NCBI GenBank assembly: GCA_024276605.1
Contig: JAJRWX010000050.1
Span: 5,695 to 69,694, forward strand
Length of the DNA stretch: 64,000 bases
Direction of reading: 5' to 3'
Origin: Planctomycetota bacterium
Lineage (GTDB): Bacteria > Planctomycetota > Phycisphaerae > UBA1845
Shown: piece by piece, positions 47,901-58,634 of the stretch
Layout of the letters: every line of letters begins with the position of its first letter
Numbering within the stretch: position 1 is the first letter of the stretch
The notes under the pieces: model-generated
Seen by the model: only the letters and a program-made list of their open reading frames with translations
Told to the model about the DNA's origin: nothing
Databases searched by the model: none
Made by a program: the position numbers and the translations under genes

Positions 47901-49568
47901 ATGCCCAAGTTTCTCAACCGTGATCTGTCAGAGTTAGCCCACCAGCTAACCATCTCCCCGCGCCGACTACGTATAAAGCAATTGCGCGGGATCGAAACGC
48001 TGCTTGATCTCATTGAGTCGAACCGAGCATACCCTTATGAGTTGATCTGCTTTCACATTACCGGCTATCACAAGCGCGGTCCGTCCACCAGCGATTTAGT
48101 CCCGGCAGCCGCCCTGATTCCTGATTTAGTCACCATGGCTGAGTCCATCAGTCGTCGCGCTAACCTCACCGTCTCGGAGCTGGGTGAATCCTTCCAGACA
48201 CAACAAGAGCTTGCCGAACAATTGGATGTCAGCACCAAGACCCTCAGACGTTGGCGCAATCGAGGGCTGATGGGTGTGCGCGTCGTTTATGAAGACGGCG
48301 TCAATCGCTTAGCGTTCCTCAAGCGCACCGTGGCCCGCTTTGTTCGCCAAAACAAAGCGCTCGTGGAAAAAGGCGCTTCGTTCAAACAACTAACGGATGT
48401 GGAACGTGACGGCATTGTAGAATCCGCTCGGGCTATTCTCGTGCGTCGCAAAGTCAAGCTGCACGCAGCCGCCCGCATCGTCGCCGAACAAACCGGGCGA
48501 GCCATCGAAACGGTTCGTTATACCTTGCGTCGATACGACGAAGCGAATCCCAAGACCTCGCTATTCGCCAACAACATTGACCATTTGTTCACCGAACAAC
48601 AGTCTGCTATCTGGCGCAGCCATCAAGCCGGTGAAACTGCGGAATCCCTGGCCCGGGCCTACGAAACCAACGCCAGTGACATCAACCAGACGCTACGTAC
48701 CGTACAGCTGCGCATGTGGCAACAAAGTCCACCGGAATGTATTTATCACGAATTGTTTGATGCGCCCCAGGCGGATCAAATGTTTCTACAAACAGCGGAG
48801 CCGGTCTCTACGGATCAACCTTCGCCGCGCGTACCGAGGGATTTACCATCCTACTTACAGTCACTCTACCGTACCCCACTGCTATCACCGGACCAGGAGC
48901 AGTATTTATTCCGTCGGTATAATTATATCAAACACAAAACCGCGACACACCTCAAGGCTGTTGATTCCGATACCGTAACCGCTGATCAGTTACATAGCAT
49001 CCGTGGTCTATTTGCCGATATCGAAGCGACCAAACAGCGCATTGTCAAAGCCAATCTTCGCCTGGTCGTTAGTATCGCTAAGAAACATGTGGGCGTTTCC
49101 CGCGACCTCTTTGAAGTTGTTAGCGACGGAAACGTGTCACTCATGCGGGCCGTCGAAAAATTCGATGTCTGGCGGGGTAACAAGTTCAGCACCTATGCTT
49201 CCTGGGCAATCATCAAGAATTTCGCCCGCTCGATACCGGAAAGTTATTACCACTCCGCGCGTTACGTCACCGGGCAGGATGCCCTCATCGATACAGCCGC
49301 CGATCATCACGAATTGCCTGAGTCCGCCAGTGATCAAAACCGCGTGCGCGATCTCATTGCTTCAGGCCTGAAGCAGCTTCCGCTACGCGATCAGGAAATT
49401 ATCGCCGGTCACTTCGGCTTAGCAGGCATAGGCGGATCGCTGACACTCGAACAACTTGGCCAGCGCTTCGGCGTTACCAAAGAACGCGTCCGTCAAATCG
49501 AACAGCGCGCCTTGTCCCGACTACGCGAGGTGCTTTCACCATCACTAGCCGATATGATTTCTACGTAG
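47901..49568 (+). CDS. Sigma-70 family RNA polymerase sigma factor with an N-terminal extension carrying an extra HTH
   Basis: Region 2 (ANLRLVVSIAKKH...NVSLMRAVEKFDVWRGNKFSTYASWAIIKNFAR) and region 4 (LTLEQLGQRFGVTKERVRQIEQRAL). The N-terminal QQELAEQLDVSTKTLRRWRNRGL resembles a MerR/excisionase-type HTH. The start is placed at ATG 47901. Confidence 0.8.
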   Translation: MPKFLNRDLSELAHQLTISPRRLRIKQLRGIETLLDLIESNRAYPYELICFHITGYHKRGPSTSDLVPAAALIPDLVTMAESISRRANLTVSELGESFQTQQELAEQLDVSTKTLRRWRNRGLMGVRVVYEDGVNRLAFLKRTVARFVRQNKALVEKGASFKQLTDVERDGIVESARAILVRRKVKLHAAARIVAEQTGRAIETVRYTLRRYDEANPKTSLFANNIDHLFTEQQSAIWRSHQAGETAESLARAYETNASDINQTLRTVQLRMWQQSPPECIYHELFDAPQADQMFLQTAEPVSTDQPSPRVPRDLPSYLQSLYRTPLLSPDQEQYLFRRYNYIKHKTATHLKAVDSDTVTADQLHSIRGLFADIEATKQRIVKANLRLVVSIAKKHVGVSRDLFEVVSDGNVSLMRAVEKFDVWRGNKFSTYASWAIIKNFARSIPESYYHSARYVTGQDALIDTAADHHELPESASDQNRVRDLIASGLKQLPLRDQEIIAGHFGLAGIGGSLTLEQLGQRFGVTKERVRQIEQRALSRLREVLSPSLADMIST

Positions 49569-49881
49569 ATCGCATTCTCAACTAAGCTATAAATACCTCA
49601 ATCGTGCCGTGCGGTGGCACTTATTCTGCAGGGCCTTTGTCGATAACAAATAAGCTAATATTCAATCCAAATCCCTTATGACACAGTCTCCCCCCTGTTT
49701 CGACCCAGGTCAGGTGAGCGCCCATCGTACCCTGAAACTCAGTAACCATGCCCCGATGTAAATCATCGCCGATGTACTAAAAACCTACTTGACTACCTGC
49801 CGATTATTATCGCTACCAGTATCATTCGTTGCAAACGACTGAAGAGTTATGTTTGGACAAGGCGTGTCGTTTGGGTGTGTA

Positions 49882-50319
49882 TTACATAAGCTCAGGATGC
49901 TCACGTTGAAACCAGGCTTCCACGTTCCGACGAAGTTCATGTGCCAACTGAATCATCTCCTTCGCCTCTTGCTCGGAAACCATGCCGGCCCGTTCGTAAT
50001 CCGCCATGTTGCGTTTTTTGCGAAAAGCATCCAACTGTGTCACAATAGTGGCATCCGAGCCAATCGTGTAGGTGAGGGATTGAATAACGCGGTAATGGTG
50101 AGCTTGGCGTGAGGCACGGAAGCCACAGGCCGCCAGCGCGACCGTGGCGGTCTGCAATGCGGCGTTGTGGGCAATGTTGAGCTTCCAGTCGGGGCTTAGG
50201 CCTGCAGTTTGGCAATCATCAAGATCACGCTTGGCTACGCCGAACAGGTCGGCGATCTCTTGGCGGTTTGGTTTGTGCTCGACGAGCCAGCCCCTTTTCA
50301 GCCAATCGCTTAAGCTCAT
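49882..50319 (-). CDS. HEPN-like helical protein, putative partner or toxin of the upstream nucleotidyltransferase
   Basis: All-helical, ~145 aa, with the conserved-looking motif FRKKRNMADYE. It lies directly downstream of an NTase gene. Start is uncertain. Confidence 0.4.
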   Translation of the reverse strand: MSLSDWLKRGWLVEHKPNRQEIADLFGVAKRDLDDCQTAGLSPDWKLNIAHNAALQTATVALAACGFRASRQAHHYRVIQSLTYTIGSDATIVTQLDAFRKKRNMADYERAGMVSEQEAKEMIQLAHELRRNVEAWFQREHPELM

Positions 50320-50920
50320 TTTCAGACCCAATGAGGAAGACCTTGGGGCCATCGTACACCGCACGAACAAAATGATGCCCCGAAACTAGCTTACGACAAA
50401 ACTCCGCGGATGGGTACACCGTAGGATTGATCTCGCGAGCGAGCAATTCCTGAGCGGGCTGGAGGGTCTCAACCACGTCCCCAAAGGAGACCTTGCCGAT
50501 GACCATGACATCCACATCGCTCTCGGCACACTCTTGACCGGTAGCTAGAGAACCATACAGAAATGCTACGTCAATCTGCTCGGAAAGCGTCTCCAAATGT
50601 TGCCGGAGGACGCCTACCGCACCTGCAGTCTTAAGCAGGAGGCCTTTGAGTTCGGCAAACACAGGGCAATCCCGGTTCACCTGGTAGTAAACTTGGTGAC
50701 CGTTGGCGTCTCGGGTCAAGATGCCCACGTCGACGAGCCGACCGAGTTCGCGTTGAACGGCTCCGTGACCGACACCCACAAGTCTGACGATCTGTCGAAG
50801 GTAGAAGGCCTGATCGGTATGGGCAAAGAGAAACGCCAGGACTGTCTGTCTGGTCCTGCCGAGCAAGGCCGTCGCTAGTGGATCAAGGTCCGGCTTAATG
50901 ATGTTGGATTGTGTACTCAT
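50225..50920 (-). CDS. Winged-HTH plus minimal nucleotidyltransferase (MNT-type) fusion protein
   Basis: The N-terminal region FYLRQIVRLVGVGHGAVQRELGRLVDVGIL looks like a wHTH. NTase motif LYGSLATGQECAESDVDVMVIG is present. Confidence 0.65.
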   Translation of the reverse strand: MSTQSNIIKPDLDPLATALLGRTRQTVLAFLFAHTDQAFYLRQIVRLVGVGHGAVQRELGRLVDVGILTRDANGHQVYYQVNRDCPVFAELKGLLLKTAGAVGVLRQHLETLSEQIDVAFLYGSLATGQECAESDVDVMVIGKVSFGDVVETLQPAQELLAREINPTVYPSAEFCRKLVSGHHFVRAVYDGPKVFLIGSENELKRLAEKGLARRAQTKPPRDRRPVRRSQA

Positions 50921-51533
50921 ATCTGTTACAATTGTACCCTATTTGGGTACACTGGTCAAATGGCAGAACGGCTTCACGCCCTATTCCAGTATACTTGGCA
51001 AGACCGATTACCGGGGTCGAGCCACGCCCCGTTTCGTGACCTCGGCGGGAGGGCCACTAAGTCGGGTAGCCCTGGAAACAATTCTGCCACATATCATGAT
51101 CTAAACAATCAACCGTTTGATCACCATTTAGATCGCCGTCACACGTACAACACTGATTATGTATAGTCCCCGTGAGACTGACCTGAAAACCCATAACGAT
51201 AGCCAAGTATCATTTTGTCATAGTCATGACATCTCCACTATATTGATCAAAGTACTATTTCCCTGAAACACGACCCGATAGAATCGTGCCGGCATAAATG
51301 CTCCATTATCTGTGCAGTGAAGATGTACCGGCATGTTGACAGTTGGTAGACCATCATTTTGCGTATCGAAAAGGCCCCTAATGAATACCTCTCGGCTACA
51401 TCCGTCGATGGTTTACCCCTCGCATACATCTTGCCAAATTCCCCCAAAAAGGTAACGTCAACGTCTTGTTTGTCAGCAAAGTGTACAAGGTGTCCATTGC
51501 GGCGCGAGAAATCAGACATGGTGGGGTGATGAT

Positions 51534-52652
51534 ATGAAAGATCCACGGATAACGAAGTTAGCTAAGGTGCTCATTAACTACTCAACGGAGCTTAAGCCCG
51601 GCGAGAAAATACTGATCGAAGCCATCGATATCCCCTATGAGATGACCTGCGAATTGGTGCGCCTGGCCAGGGCGGCTGGCGGTGATCCGCTTGTTACGCT
51701 CAAAAGTCAGTCTGTCCACCGGGCACTGTTAATGAATGCCTCCGAATCACAGATGAATCTTATCGCGGAAGTCGAAGCGTTGCGTATGAGCAAGGTCGAT
51801 GCCTACATCGGTTTACGCGGTAGCCATAACATAGCCGAGTCGTCCGACGTGCCGGAATCGTCCCACAAGCTCTATCAAGACACTATCTGGCAGCGCGTCC
51901 ACCAAGAAATTCGCGTACCCAAGACACGTTGGGTTGTCCTTCGTTGGCCCCACCCCGCAATGGCTCAGCAAGCGAACCGTAGCACGGAAAGCTTTGAAGA
52001 CTTCTATTTTGATGTTTGTACGATGGACTACGCCCGCATGTCAGCAGCCATGCAACCCTTAGCCCAGCGCATGAACAACACGGATCAGGTGCATATCGTG
52101 GGGCCTGGCACCGATCTCAAGATGTCTATCAAAAACATCCCAGCTGTGCCCTGCGATGGTAAGCTCAATATCCCTGACGGCGAAGTTTTCACCGCTCCGG
52201 TACGCAACAGTGTCAATGGAACGCTTCAATATAACGCACGAACCATCTACCAAGGTGTAGTACACGATCAAGTACGGTTTGAATTCGCCGAGGGGAAAAT
52301 CGTTAAGGCGACAAGCACCAATACCGAGCACCTCAACAAGGTGCTGGACTCCGACGAGGGAGGGCGATACATCGGCGAATTTGCCATTGGCTTTAATCCG
52401 TTCGTTACTGAACCCATGCTGGATATTCTCTTTGATGAGAAAATAGCCGGGTCATTCCACTTTACCCCGGGTCAGGCTTACGAAGAGGCTGACAACGGCA
52501 ATAAAAGTGCGATTCACTGGGATATCGTATGCCTCCAGGATGCGGAACACGGTGGTGGGGAAATTTGGTTCGACAACGAAATGATACGCAAGGATGGTTT
52601 ATTCGTGGTTGACGACCTGAAGGGGTTAAATCCGGAGAATCTTAAAGGCTAA
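51534..52652 (+). CDS. M29-family aminopeptidase (AmpS/PepS-like)
   Basis: MKDPRITKLAKVLINYSTELKPGEKILIEA, the C-terminal EFAIGFNP...HWDIV, and the ~370-aa length are typical of thermophilic-metalloprotease M29 members. Confidence 0.7.
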   Translation: MKDPRITKLAKVLINYSTELKPGEKILIEAIDIPYEMTCELVRLARAAGGDPLVTLKSQSVHRALLMNASESQMNLIAEVEALRMSKVDAYIGLRGSHNIAESSDVPESSHKLYQDTIWQRVHQEIRVPKTRWVVLRWPHPAMAQQANRSTESFEDFYFDVCTMDYARMSAAMQPLAQRMNNTDQVHIVGPGTDLKMSIKNIPAVPCDGKLNIPDGEVFTAPVRNSVNGTLQYNARTIYQGVVHDQVRFEFAEGKIVKATSTNTEHLNKVLDSDEGGRYIGEFAIGFNPFVTEPMLDILFDEKIAGSFHFTPGQAYEEADNGNKSAIHWDIVCLQDAEHGGGEIWFDNEMIRKDGLFVVDDLKGLNPENLKG

Positions 52653-53022
52653 AGAATATCATACTCGCGGTATAACTTCCAAGCACGATGATGAACAAGT
52701 TGTGGTGAGGGCTGGTAATTCAAGTGTCATCATCATGCCCCTCATGTCTCATGATGAAGGCCACACGGCCTATAATACGAGGGCGACAAGGCCGTCTCTG
52801 ACGTTTTGCCTATATAATGATGAAATGATCGAGCTAACAGGGGCACCACTCAACTTTTTTCAACACCCCCAGAACCCTTAGAAGCTTGATCTGACCATCT
52901 GATTTTGGTATGATAGCTATCGCGGGCCGGGTAGTTGGCATATCTTTAGACTGTACAGCAGTCGGGTCGGCCGCTTCTCTTGGAATGATTTCTGAACGCA
53001 CAAAATCATATAGGGGATTGTT

Positions 53023-56000
53023 ATGTCAAGTCGCTGTTGTCTGCCTATAGTGTTCGCGGCTGTTTATTTTCTACCGACGCAGGCCGTCGCGGTTATATCT
53101 ATTAGTCCCCAGCCGGGCTTTGGTATTGTTGAGATTGGCACTGAGGGGGAATTCTCTAACAGTCCCGTACCCGATAATGTGGCTCGGGCCTCGCGCGGCG
53201 CCGTGCCTTTTGGCGATTTCGAAGAGGGCGTCACATTCCTGATCCAAAACATCAACGATGGGCAATATGGGAATCTTAGCTCATGGCAAAGCAATTCTGC
53301 TGCTGGCGCGTATGTGGGCGTTGTATTTGCTGACCCGGTCGTCATTTGTTCGATCGCCTGGGGGCGAGACAACAATAGTCCTCAGAATATCGACGTGGGC
53401 CGCTGGCAAGATTCATATACACTCGAGATATCCTCCGACCCCAATGTTGCTTCTGACCCCGCAAATGCATCATGGACAACGGTTGGTACTGTTACATACT
53501 CTTTACCGCTAAATGGTCGAAAGTTATGGCTTCGCCATGAATATCGAATGTCTGAACTTGGTAACCCCATCGAGGCACGCGCGTTTCGTATTAAAGTCAC
53601 CAATGCGTTTATACGCATTGACGAAATCGAAGTTTATGCTGCTGCTCCAGCAAAAACTTTGTTTGTTGACGCCGATGTACCCGGTCCGGGAGACGGGCTG
53701 ACGTGGTCCACAGCGTTTAACAGTCTGCCAGACGCACTTGCCTTGGCGAGCTGTAATGTTGAAACCATTCGCGTGGCGCAGGGAACGTACATGCCCGACG
53801 GTGCCCGTATTGGCGACTCCGGATATCGGGCTGGCTCTGGTGATAAGACGGCTACAATTCAATTGATAGATGGTGTCAGGCTTGAGGGTGGGTACGCTGG
53901 TTTTGGCGAAGTGGACCCGGACCTGCGAGATGTGGTCGCGTTCCCGACGATATTAAGCGGCGACCTGAGCGGCGATGACGCGTCGGTTGCGAATCCCGTT
54001 GATTTATTGACGGAGGCTACGCGGGTAGAGAATAGCGATCATGTGGTGACGGGCAGCAACACGGATGCGACGGCTGTCATTGATGGGTTTACCATCGCAT
54101 ATGCAAATGCCATGAATGCACCCAACACCGCAGGCGGCGGTATGCTCATTGAGTTGGGTAGCCCTACGGTAAGCAACTGCACCTTCCTCGAAAACATCGC
54201 CGCGGGCGCTTCCGGCATGTGGATCGACCAAGGCGATCCGGTTGTGACAGACTGCGCGTTTACCAGAAACGCGGCAACCTCTTCCGCCGGGTTGGGCATG
54301 ACTCGCTCCAACAACCCGAGCGTGACGAATTGTGCATTTACAGATAATGCGTCCACCTTTAGCAACGGCGGTGGGATGTTCATTGATCAATCCAGTCCCA
54401 CAGTGACCAACTGCACATTCACTGGAAACTCTACGGACGCTAATGGCGGCGGCTTATACGCTGTAGGTAGCCATCCGGTCATTACCGACTGTACGTTTAC
54501 TCAAAATATGGCGGGCGTAGGCGGTGGTGGTCTTTATGTCACAACACTTGGTCAGGTAGACATCCACTCGATTGTGACCAATTGCCGTTTTATCGATAAC
54601 TCCGCTATGACCGGGGGCGGGATATATGCTTTTACTGCTGATGTTACACACAACAATTTAACAATTAATAATAGTAGCTTTAGCGGAAATACGTCGGCCA
54701 GCGGGGGCGGTGTAGCGATTCGTGACAGCAACTTGACAGCGATCAACTGTGCGTTCGATGGGAATCATTCCAGTGGGGACGGCGGCGCGATAAATTTCAA
54801 GCGTGTTAACCCCATTCAAACAGTTGGCATGGTGTCGGCAGCGGTGACGAACTGCGTGTTCCATATGAATACGGCAGCCGGTAATGGGGGCGCGCTGAAC
54901 GGTGTCATTGGCGCCAGCAACTCAGCCGGAGCGATCGTATCGGTAGAGGCGGAGATAGCTGTGACAAACAGCACGTTCAATGGGAATTCCGCGATCGGTA
55001 ACGGCGGCGCGATGGGCTATGCCGTCGGGAACGTGACTACCACAGGCGCGACACCAACCGTTTCTTTGGCGGTAACGGTATCAAACTGCATTATATGGGG
55101 TAACGCCTCTGCAGATAGCAAGCAGATAACCAATTCGATGGTTTCTCCGACACCTGTTATCCAATACTGCGATGTTGATGGTTCTGGTGGCAGTGGCACA
55201 GGGTGGGATACTACCCTTGGCATCGATGGGGGTGGCAACATCGACGCTGATCCGCTTTTTGTGGGCGTTAATGACCTCCAATTATCACCTGGTTCTCCAT
55301 GTATTGACAGTGCTCATTCCGGATTTTACGGCGCTGGCCCTTCAGTGGATATTACTGGTCATGACCGCATCTTTGATGATCCGGCGACGCTTAATACGGG
55401 TGGCGGCGGAGCATCTTTTCTTGATATGGGCGCGTATGAATTTTCGAGCAATAGCGGCCCGGGGTTTGCGGCTGCGGACCTCGACGCTGACGGCGACGTT
55501 GATGCGGATGATTACTTTATCTTTCATGGCGACTTTAACAGCGCAGCACGTTCGTCGGGTCGAACTTTTACTATGTCTAGGCGCGATGTCGGAATAACCT
55601 GGTTTGTTGACGCCGATGCTACCGGCCTGGCTGATGGCTTGAATTGGACCAATGCGTTCACTCATCCGCAAGATGCCCTCGCAACGGCACTCACCGGCGA
55701 CACGATTCGCGTGGCGCAAGGCACTTACATGCCAGACGGCGGGCGCATTGGTGATGCCGGCTTTGTGGCAGGTACGGGCGATCGGACGGCTACATTTCAA
55801 CTGATCGACGATGTAAGGATTGAAGGCGGGTACGCGGGCTTTGGCGAGGTAAACCCAGACCTGCGAGATGTGGTAGCGAACCTAACTATCCTTAGCGGCG
55901 ACTTAGGCAACGATGACATCGCAGTGGCAGACCCCGCAGATTTGGTCACCGAGCCTACGCGCGTTGAGAATAGCCATCATGTGGTGACGGGAAGCAATAC

Positions 56001-57417
56001 GATGGCGACGGCAGTCATTGACGGGTTTACGATCCGCGCCGGAAATACAACCGGGGCATCGTTCATATTTGGTGGCGGGATGACGATCGAACCAGGCAGT
56101 CCGACGATAAGTAATTGCCACTTCCTTGAAAACTTCGCGTCATTCGCTGGTGGTGGCATGTGGGTTAATCAAGGCGATCCTGTTGTTTCCAACTGCACTT
56201 TTACCCGAAACTCGTCCACTGCTGGCGCCGGGATGGTTATTCGAAATACCAACAATACGGTCTTGACGAATTGCATGTTTATCGGGAACACGGCTATTAC
56301 AGCCGGTGGATTTGGTGGTGGGTTGTTTAACTCAGCAAGCAGCCCCACGGTGACCGGCTGCACGTTCGTAGGAAATACGGCTGAGCGCGGTGCTGGGATG
56401 AGTAATGAGTTAGCCAATCCGAATGTGATCGACTGCATGTTTAACGGGAACGTAGCTGTGAGTACGGGTGGAGGCGTTAACAATAATATTTCCGGCGATC
56501 CGATATTCACAAACTGCGTTTTTTTAGAAAACACAGCCATCTCTGGAGGCGCTATATACAGCACTGGAGGGAATGGCGAGTTCATCAATTTAACCGTCTC
56601 AAATTGCTCCTTTACAGGAAACGCCTCGACATTTAGCGGCAGTGCAGTCTTTGGCAGTAACGGCCAGTTATCCATGAGCAACAGCACCTTCGATGCCAAT
56701 ACCGCAGGCGGTAGTGGTACCTTAGGTTACGCTGATGACTATAACGTGGTGGTGACAAACTGCGTGTTCAATGGGAATGATGTAGGAAGCGAAGGTGGTG
56801 CGATGGAATTCAGGGACGGAGCTAATTCAACGTCCACCTCTGAAATTAATAACTGCACGATTTTTGGGAATAATGCCCTTAGTGGTGGCGCATTGAGCTA
56901 TTTTATCAATGCAGGCTCTACGGGTACGGTGTCGAACAGTATTATTGGTAACAATACGGCTAAGGATGGTAAGCAGATTGCGATTGGCGGTACTTCTCTG
57001 CCGCCGGTTTTCCAATACAGCAACATCGCAGGGTCCGGGGGTAGCGGCGCGGGATGGGATGTCACACTTGGGATCGACGGTGGTCATAACATCGATGATG
57101 ACCCGCTGTTTGCAGGCATCAACGATTTTCGGTTGACGGCTGGCTCGCCGTGTATCGACAATGCTCATTTGGGATTCTACGGCGAAGGACCATCTGTTGA
57201 CCTTGATGGCAACGACCGCTTGAGAGACGACCCAGCTACGCCTAATACGGGTGTTGGTGCAGCGACATATCTCGATATGGGTGCCTATGAATTCCTGAGT
57301 GGCAGCCCAAAACTTGCCCGGGCAGACCTCGACCAAGACGGCGATGTGGATATGAAGGACTACTCAATTTTCATAAACTGCTATAGCGGCACATCAATCC
57401 CGACAAACTGCCCCTGA
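53023..57417 (+). CDS. Giant secreted protein (1464 aa): discoidin-like N-terminal domain plus two ~640-aa parallel beta-helix (PbH1) modules, each ending in a dockerin-like segment
   Basis: Signal peptide present. Repeated NCTFTGNSA..GGG turns occur throughout. Modules begin with FVDAD at 53662 and at 55603. ADLDADGDVDADDY and ADLDQDGDVDMKDY mark the module ends. Confidence 0.75.
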   Translation: MSSRCCLPIVFAAVYFLPTQAVAVISISPQPGFGIVEIGTEGEFSNSPVPDNVARASRGAVPFGDFEEGVTFLIQNINDGQYGNLSSWQSNSAAGAYVGVVFADPVVICSIAWGRDNNSPQNIDVGRWQDSYTLEISSDPNVASDPANASWTTVGTVTYSLPLNGRKLWLRHEYRMSELGNPIEARAFRIKVTNAFIRIDEIEVYAAAPAKTLFVDADVPGPGDGLTWSTAFNSLPDALALASCNVETIRVAQGTYMPDGARIGDSGYRAGSGDKTATIQLIDGVRLEGGYAGFGEVDPDLRDVVAFPTILSGDLSGDDASVANPVDLLTEATRVENSDHVVTGSNTDATAVIDGFTIAYANAMNAPNTAGGGMLIELGSPTVSNCTFLENIAAGASGMWIDQGDPVVTDCAFTRNAATSSAGLGMTRSNNPSVTNCAFTDNASTFSNGGGMFIDQSSPTVTNCTFTGNSTDANGGGLYAVGSHPVITDCTFTQNMAGVGGGGLYVTTLGQVDIHSIVTNCRFIDNSAMTGGGIYAFTADVTHNNLTINNSSFSGNTSASGGGVAIRDSNLTAINCAFDGNHSSGDGGAINFKRVNPIQTVGMVSAAVTNCVFHMNTAAGNGGALNGVIGASNSAGAIVSVEAEIAVTNSTFNGNSAIGNGGAMGYAVGNVTTTGATPTVSLAVTVSNCIIWGNASADSKQITNSMVSPTPVIQYCDVDGSGGSGTGWDTTLGIDGGGNIDADPLFVGVNDLQLSPGSPCIDSAHSGFYGAGPSVDITGHDRIFDDPATLNTGGGGASFLDMGAYEFSSNSGPGFAAADLDADGDVDADDYFIFHGDFNSAARSSGRTFTMSRRDVGITWFVDADATGLADGLNWTNAFTHPQDALATALTGDTIRVAQGTYMPDGGRIGDAGFVAGTGDRTATFQLIDDVRIEGGYAGFGEVNPDLRDVVANLTILSGDLGNDDIAVADPADLVTEPTRVENSHHVVTGSNTMATAVIDGFTIRAGNTTGASFIFGGGMTIEPGSPTISNCHFLENFASFAGGGMWVNQGDPVVSNCTFTRNSSTAGAGMVIRNTNNTVLTNCMFIGNTAITAGGFGGGLFNSASSPTVTGCTFVGNTAERGAGMSNELANPNVIDCMFNGNVAVSTGGGVNNNISGDPIFTNCVFLENTAISGGAIYSTGGNGEFINLTVSNCSFTGNASTFSGSAVFGSNGQLSMSNSTFDANTAGGSGTLGYADDYNVVVTNCVFNGNDVGSEGGAMEFRDGANSTSTSEINNCTIFGNNALSGGALSYFINAGSTGTVSNSIIGNNTAKDGKQIAIGGTSLPPVFQYSNIAGSGGSGAGWDVTLGIDGGHNIDDDPLFAGINDFRLTAGSPCIDNAHLGFYGEGPSVDLDGNDRLRDDPATPNTGVGAATYLDMGAYEFLSGSPKLARADLDQDGDVDMKDYSIFINCYSGTSIPTNCP

Positions 57418-57871
57418 CTCCATAGCCACGACCGGACTGTAGACAGCCCCCGGTATGGCAAACCTGACCTGCCCGACCTTATTGGCGCGCGTTCAACCCG
57501 CGTTGCGGAATGTCCACAGTTCCCAACACAACCATACGAGTGACCGGGAAGCCAAGCCCTTTCTGCTGGGTACGTGCTTGCGCATGTGCCTCTTGATTTT
57601 ACGGGGTGTCGGGCATGCTTACGGTCGGGTCGTCGACCTTATAGATATGACGACCGTGCCACAACAACTGTTTATCAAGCATGTCTTCGCAGCCTGTGCC
57701 TACGTTGACGGTTATTTAGAGCTGTTTTCATATCGTACCCGCCATTGAGCTGATAAAGGCTGAGAACGGTTATATGGTGGTTTTCTGTTGCAACATGCAA
57801 TCAAAGTCAGTTAGCGTTACGGCGCTGTTACCTCGTGGTGTTGACCCGAAGATGCTACAAGATTAGGATTC

Positions 57872-58240
57872 ATGTACATGATGCGCGTTATCACTATCGT
57901 AGCTGTTTCCAGTTCGCTCCTAATCGTTCCGGTGTTGTGCCTGAGCGGTGTCGTTATGCATACGTGTGATTGCACAACGGCCACTGTGTGCAATATGGGA
58001 GCCGACTGCGGGCACGAATACGGTTGTGGGCATGAGAGTAGTTGCGCCGACGACCCATGTAGCTTCTGCGTTGTTCGAATTGAGCGCCAGGGTGATGATG
58101 TCGTTTCGGTATCTCCGTCGACGATTATTCTTAGCGCTGTCACGCAAGCGTCGATTCAGACGGCGCGTGCCGGTGTACACGAATGGATAGGTGGTAGATA
58201 TTTACCGTTCCCCTCCAGCGACCTTCCTCTTCTCATCTGA
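57872..58240 (+). CDS. Small signal-anchored Cys/His-rich hypothetical protein upstream of the metal-efflux operon
   Basis: Hydrophobic N-terminus, then HTCDCTTATVCNMGADCGHEYGCGHESSCADDPCSFC. No strong SD sequence. Confidence 0.35.
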   Translation: MYMMRVITIVAVSSSLLIVPVLCLSGVVMHTCDCTTATVCNMGADCGHEYGCGHESSCADDPCSFCVVRIERQGDDVVSVSPSTIILSAVTQASIQTARAGVHEWIGGRYLPFPSSDLPLLI

Positions 58241-58634
58241 TTCCTCGTACTCGTTTCACGGGATACTGTGTGAGTCGCGTTCGTGCTTTTCATTCAGTAT
58301 GTTCGGCAACGCTATCCTTGCGATGCACGTCAAATTCATTGAATCCGATTGAGGCATCGTATACATGCTTTAGACAATCTTAATGTTCGAAAGGTTTTTC
58401 GGGCTCCATTAGCAGTAACGGGTCTATCGGTCCGAAGACGATATGCTTGTTGTGGGACTGGCACGAGAAGGAATAAGTATCGATGAGACAGTTGGCTTTG
58501 AAGAAATATCTTCCTGGTGAAATCGTCCTCAACGAAAAACGAGGCGTGCGTGTTCTTACCCGTATGAAAGATATCGTTGGAGAAGCCGGCGAGCGTGTGG
58601 TTGACACCGAACGCAACGGCGAAGGAACATTCTG

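Noticed and set aside
51247-51546. 99-aa minus-strand ORF divergent from the aminopeptidase gene. A similar 102-aa ORF lies at 63605-63913.
   Set aside because: Neither shows motifs, signal sequences or ribosome-binding sites. The second overlaps, in a different frame, the better-supported minus-strand reading frame that runs to the window edge.
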